Shown here piece by piece: positions 60,955-64,000 of a stretch of DNA of 64,000 nt (its first letter is position 1; the number at the start of each line of letters is the position of its first letter). The notes under the pieces were generated by a model that worked only from the letters and a program-made list of their open reading frames with translations, searched no databases and was not told the origin of the DNA. The position numbers and the translations under genes were made by a program. This stretch comes from an uncultured Verrucomicrobiae bacterium. Its GTDB lineage: Bacteria; Verrucomicrobiota; Verrucomicrobiia; Limisphaerales; Palsa-1400. The stretch covers positions 416,001 to 480,000 of the forward strand of contig CAVPOM010000012.1 in assembly GCA_963707025.1 (NCBI GenBank), given 5' to 3'.

Positions 60955-62184
60955 ATGCGTTCCATTCCTTTCTATAAACCCAGCATCGGCCGGCCCGAAA
61001 TCGATGAGGTGGTTGATTGCCTGCAATCGGGCTGGCTCACCACCGGCCCGAAGACGAAGCAATTCGAGCAGGAATTCGCCGGCTACCTTCAGCGCCGTCA
61101 CGCCGTGGCGGTCAATTCCTGCACCGCGGCCCTCCATCTGGCGTTGGAAGCGATCGGCCTTAAAGCCGGACAGCGGGTGGTGGTGCCGACCATGACATTC
61201 GCGGCCACGGCCGAAGTAGTGCGCTATTTCAATGCCGCTCCTTTGTTTGCCGATTGCCGGCCGGAGGACTTCAACCTCGATGTCGCCGATGCCGCTTGCA
61301 GGATCGAACGCGCCCGGGCCAGCGGCGAAGAAGTCGTCGCCATTATCCCGGTGCATTACGGGGGACAGATCGGCGACGTAACCGGCGTGACCGCACTGGC
61401 CCGCAAGTATCACCTTCGGATTATTGAGGATGCCGCCCACTGTTGCCCCGCCTATTATCGCGACGAGGTGGCTGCGCCTTGGAAAACGGTCGGAAGCGAC
61501 GCGGAGATAAGTTGTTTTTCCTTTTACGCCAATAAAACCATTACGACTGGGGAAGGCGGCATGGCCTGCACCGACTCTCCGGAACAGGCGGACAGGATGC
61601 GGATCATGTCCTTGCATGGCATTTCGCGCGATGCCTGGAAGCGCTACACTGCGGAAGGCTCCTGGTATTATGAAATCGTTGCGCCCGGTTACAAATACAA
61701 CCTCACCGACTTGGCAGCCGCCATCGGCCTGCACCAGCTTCGCAAGGCCGACCTCTTGCACGAACGCCGCACCCAGTGGGCCAGGCTTTACTCGCAATGC
61801 CTCGGCGACGTTGAGGAACTGGTCCTCCCCACCGTCATGCCCAACCGCATCCATTCCTGGCACCTCTTTTCCGTCCGTTTAAACCTGGACCGATGCCATC
61901 TGGGCCGGGCGGAACTGATTTCCGAGATGAAAAGGGCCGGCATCGGCACCAGCGTGCATTGGATGCCGCTGCATCTGCACCCCTATTACCGCCAGCAACT
62001 TGGCTGCACACCGTCCGATTATCCTTGTGCAACTTCCCTTTATCCCCGGTTGATGACCCTGCCTCTCTATCCGGACATGACGGCCGAGGATGTGCAATAT
62101 GTTTGCCGAACCTTGAAGGGGATCATGGCGGATTCCAAATCCACAGTCGCGGGCGCGAGCCTCTTGGCGGGCCGCTCACCTTGA
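60955..62184 (+). CDS. DegT/DnrJ/EryC1/StrS nucleotide-sugar aminotransferase
   Basis: NSCTAALH, PVHYGG, IEDAAH, SFYANKTITTGEGG, GYKYNLTD. Confidence 0.95.
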   Translation: MRSIPFYKPSIGRPEIDEVVDCLQSGWLTTGPKTKQFEQEFAGYLQRRHAVAVNSCTAALHLALEAIGLKAGQRVVVPTMTFAATAEVVRYFNAAPLFADCRPEDFNLDVADAACRIERARASGEEVVAIIPVHYGGQIGDVTGVTALARKYHLRIIEDAAHCCPAYYRDEVAAPWKTVGSDAEISCFSFYANKTITTGEGGMACTDSPEQADRMRIMSLHGISRDAWKRYTAEGSWYYEIVAPGYKYNLTDLAAAIGLHQLRKADLLHERRTQWARLYSQCLGDVEELVLPTVMPNRIHSWHLFSVRLNLDRCHLGRAELISEMKRAGIGTSVHWMPLHLHPYYRQQLGCTPSDYPCATSLYPRLMTLPLYPDMTAEDVQYVCRTLKGIMADSKSTVAGASLLAGRSP

Positions 62185-62483
62185 CGCAGATGGCGCCGCC
62201 GCTGGCCTTGGCCATGCGCCCGCATCGCCCGTGACGATAAACCAATGGGATGAGGTGTTTACCGGCGACTTTTGCGGGTTTTAGCCCTCTTTGATGGACG
62301 CCAATTGGCGTTAAACTGGTGGCGGTTTTTACGTTAGCGGTGTGCCGCGAATGACCCATGGCTGATGTGACAAACGGAAATGGTCCTGACAATAGCGAAA
62401 GAGGCAATGCATGCGCCGATTCAAACGGACGACGGTGACACCGGGCCAACGAGGCTTTCCCGCAGGGTTGCCTTCCCCCGCTT

Positions 62484-63935
62484 ATGAGTTACTCTGATTA
62501 CAATACCCCCGATGACAATCTGGCAGACGCGGCCCTTTGCCGCCGCACTCCATCGGATTCCGCCCCCATCCTTACGCCTAAGCGTCTCTACGACGTCTGC
62601 CTTTCTTTCTGCGGCCTGGCGCTGCTCAGCCCCCTGTTCGTAGTCATCGGGGCCTTGGTGAAATTGGCCGACGGCGGCCCCATTTTTTACCGTCAGGCGC
62701 GGGTGGGCCGTGGCGGCCGGCAATTCCTGATCTGCAAATTCCGCACCATGGTGGTTCCGGCAGAACAGACCGGGCCCTCCCTCACCAAAAGCGGCGACGC
62801 GCGCGTTACCCGGATTGGCCGGATCTTGCGCCAGACCAAGCTGGACGAATTGCCCCAGCTTTGGAACGTGTTCAAAGGCGACATGAGCCTGGTCGGCCCC
62901 AGACCGGAAGTGCCTTGCTACGTTCAACATTACACCCCGGAACAGCGCGCTATTTTGCTGCTTAAACCAGGCATCACCGATCTGGCCTCGCTCTGTTTCC
63001 GCGAGGAGGAGGCCTTGCTGGGCAACGCGGACGATTTGGAGCAGTTTTACATTCGCCACTGCCTGCCGCGCAAGCTGCAACTCAACCGGGACTACGCTCA
63101 GCGCGCCAACCTGTTCAGCGATACCTGGATCATCCTGCAAACCATTTGCCCTTATTGGGCCGGCGTGCTGGCCTGTTATGGAATCATCCTGGCCGCGTCC
63201 TTTTGGCTTTCCTGCGCCCTGATTTTCAATTTCGCTCCGCTGCCCCTTTCCGCCCTTGCCTTCAGCCGCGATCTTGCTGTGGCGCTCGCCTTGCAACTGG
63301 CCAGCCTGACCTGGCGCAAACAGTGGCGGGGCTTGCTCAGCTACTTCAGTTTTCCCGAACTGAGGCAACTCGGTGCCGCCCTCGGCCTGGCCGGGGCCGG
63401 CCTGCTGGCCTGGTCGGCCCTTGGCGATGGCCGCCCTCCGCGCAACCTCATTCTGGTTGATGCTCTCCTGTCCTTCGCCTTGCTCGCCGGCTTTCGACTC
63501 ATGCTGCGGCGCTGGCGCGAACGTTCGGAGGGAGAAGAGGATGCGCGGACTAATCCCCCGAACGCGAGTCGGCATCATCGGGCCGGCAGCACAGGCGCGC
63601 AACTCGCCCTGGAACTGACCGGTCACGGGAATTCCGGCCGCATGGCCGTCGCTTTTTTTGACGATGACTTTCACAAATGGCAAAAGAGCATTCATGGCGT
63701 GCCGGTGGCGGGCATGCCGGAATGCCTGCTGGAGGGCTGGAAGGACAAGCTGGACGAGGTGGTCATCGCCCTGCCCGCTGCTCGCGCGCATCGGCTCCGT
63801 GAAATCGAGCAACTGCTCCGCAAAACCAATTTGAAGGCATATACGGCCTCCCGCCCCGCTCGATTCTGGGAGCGGCAGCCTGTGGCGTTATCCACCGCCA
63901 ACACCCCTTGCGCCACCGCCTTTTCCACCGACTGA
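62484..63935 (+). CDS. Initiating phosphoglycosyl transferase (Bac_transf) fused to a CapD/PglF-like membrane + CoA-binding region
   Basis: KRLYD, KFRTM, LDELPQLWNVFKGDMSLVGPRPE, KPGITDLAS; then TMs (PPRNLILVD) and a Rossmann-like segment (VAFFDDD...IHGVPV...DEVVIALP). Confidence 0.88.
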   Translation: MSYSDYNTPDDNLADAALCRRTPSDSAPILTPKRLYDVCLSFCGLALLSPLFVVIGALVKLADGGPIFYRQARVGRGGRQFLICKFRTMVVPAEQTGPSLTKSGDARVTRIGRILRQTKLDELPQLWNVFKGDMSLVGPRPEVPCYVQHYTPEQRAILLLKPGITDLASLCFREEEALLGNADDLEQFYIRHCLPRKLQLNRDYAQRANLFSDTWIILQTICPYWAGVLACYGIILAASFWLSCALIFNFAPLPLSALAFSRDLAVALALQLASLTWRKQWRGLLSYFSFPELRQLGAALGLAGAGLLAWSALGDGRPPRNLILVDALLSFALLAGFRLMLRRWRERSEGEEDARTNPPNASRHHRAGSTGAQLALELTGHGNSGRMAVAFFDDDFHKWQKSIHGVPVAGMPECLLEGWKDKLDEVVIALPAARAHRLREIEQLLRKTNLKAYTASRPARFWERQPVALSTANTPCATAFSTD

Positions 63936-63948
63936 ACTGCCCTTCGCC

Positions 63949-64000
63949 ATGAAATCTACACGCGCCAACCTTGTCCTGTTCTATGCTGCCGGCCTGGCCG
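63949..64000 (+). CDS. Start of next operon gene (truncated by window)
   Basis: ATG 13 nt after the previous stop; MKSTRANLVLFYAAGLA, open to the window end. Confidence 0.5.
   Translation, partial: MKSTRANLVLFYAAGLA

Overview
GC-rich (about 60% by eye) bacterial window. The protein families and a recurrent 'W...D...xYR' terminal beta-domain suggest Verrucomicrobiota (Pedosphaera-like), which is an inference. There are four blocks. (1) 1-10.8 kb: the distal end of a type VI secretion-associated locus, with two paralogous helical proteins, two tandem cassettes of the form [stand-alone VgrG-tail/transthyretin-like protein]-[LysM/TTR-like/PG-binding protein]-[large variable cargo]-[small partner], then a DUF6931-like protein and PAAR. 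One cargo is a heavily expanded calcineurin-like metallophosphoesterase; the other is a beta-rich protein with PQDGGA repeats. (2) 10.8-26.4 kb: a truncated IS630 fused to a GH27 remnant, then a minus-strand NRPS/PKS cluster lacking a thioesterase: C-A(Leu)-T-C-A(Gly, with embedded luciferase-like monooxygenase)-T, then KS-AT-ACP-C-A(Thr)-T, then an Sfp-type PPTase with a nonsense codon. (3) 26.8-39.3 kb: a subtilase with 5 PKD repeats, a partly decayed two-component region, and a near-identical tandem duplication of a secreted beta-helix/Ig gene. (4) 39.6-64 kb: a Wzx/Wzy exopolysaccharide operon led by a NusG paralogue and rich in tailoring enzymes (acyltransferase, CapK-like ligase, FemAB-like, AsnB, two deacetylases, methyltransferase, DegT). 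Many single-base indels look like sequencing error, whereas several nonsense and active-site substitutions look like real decay. No rRNA, tRNA or CRISPR array was seen.
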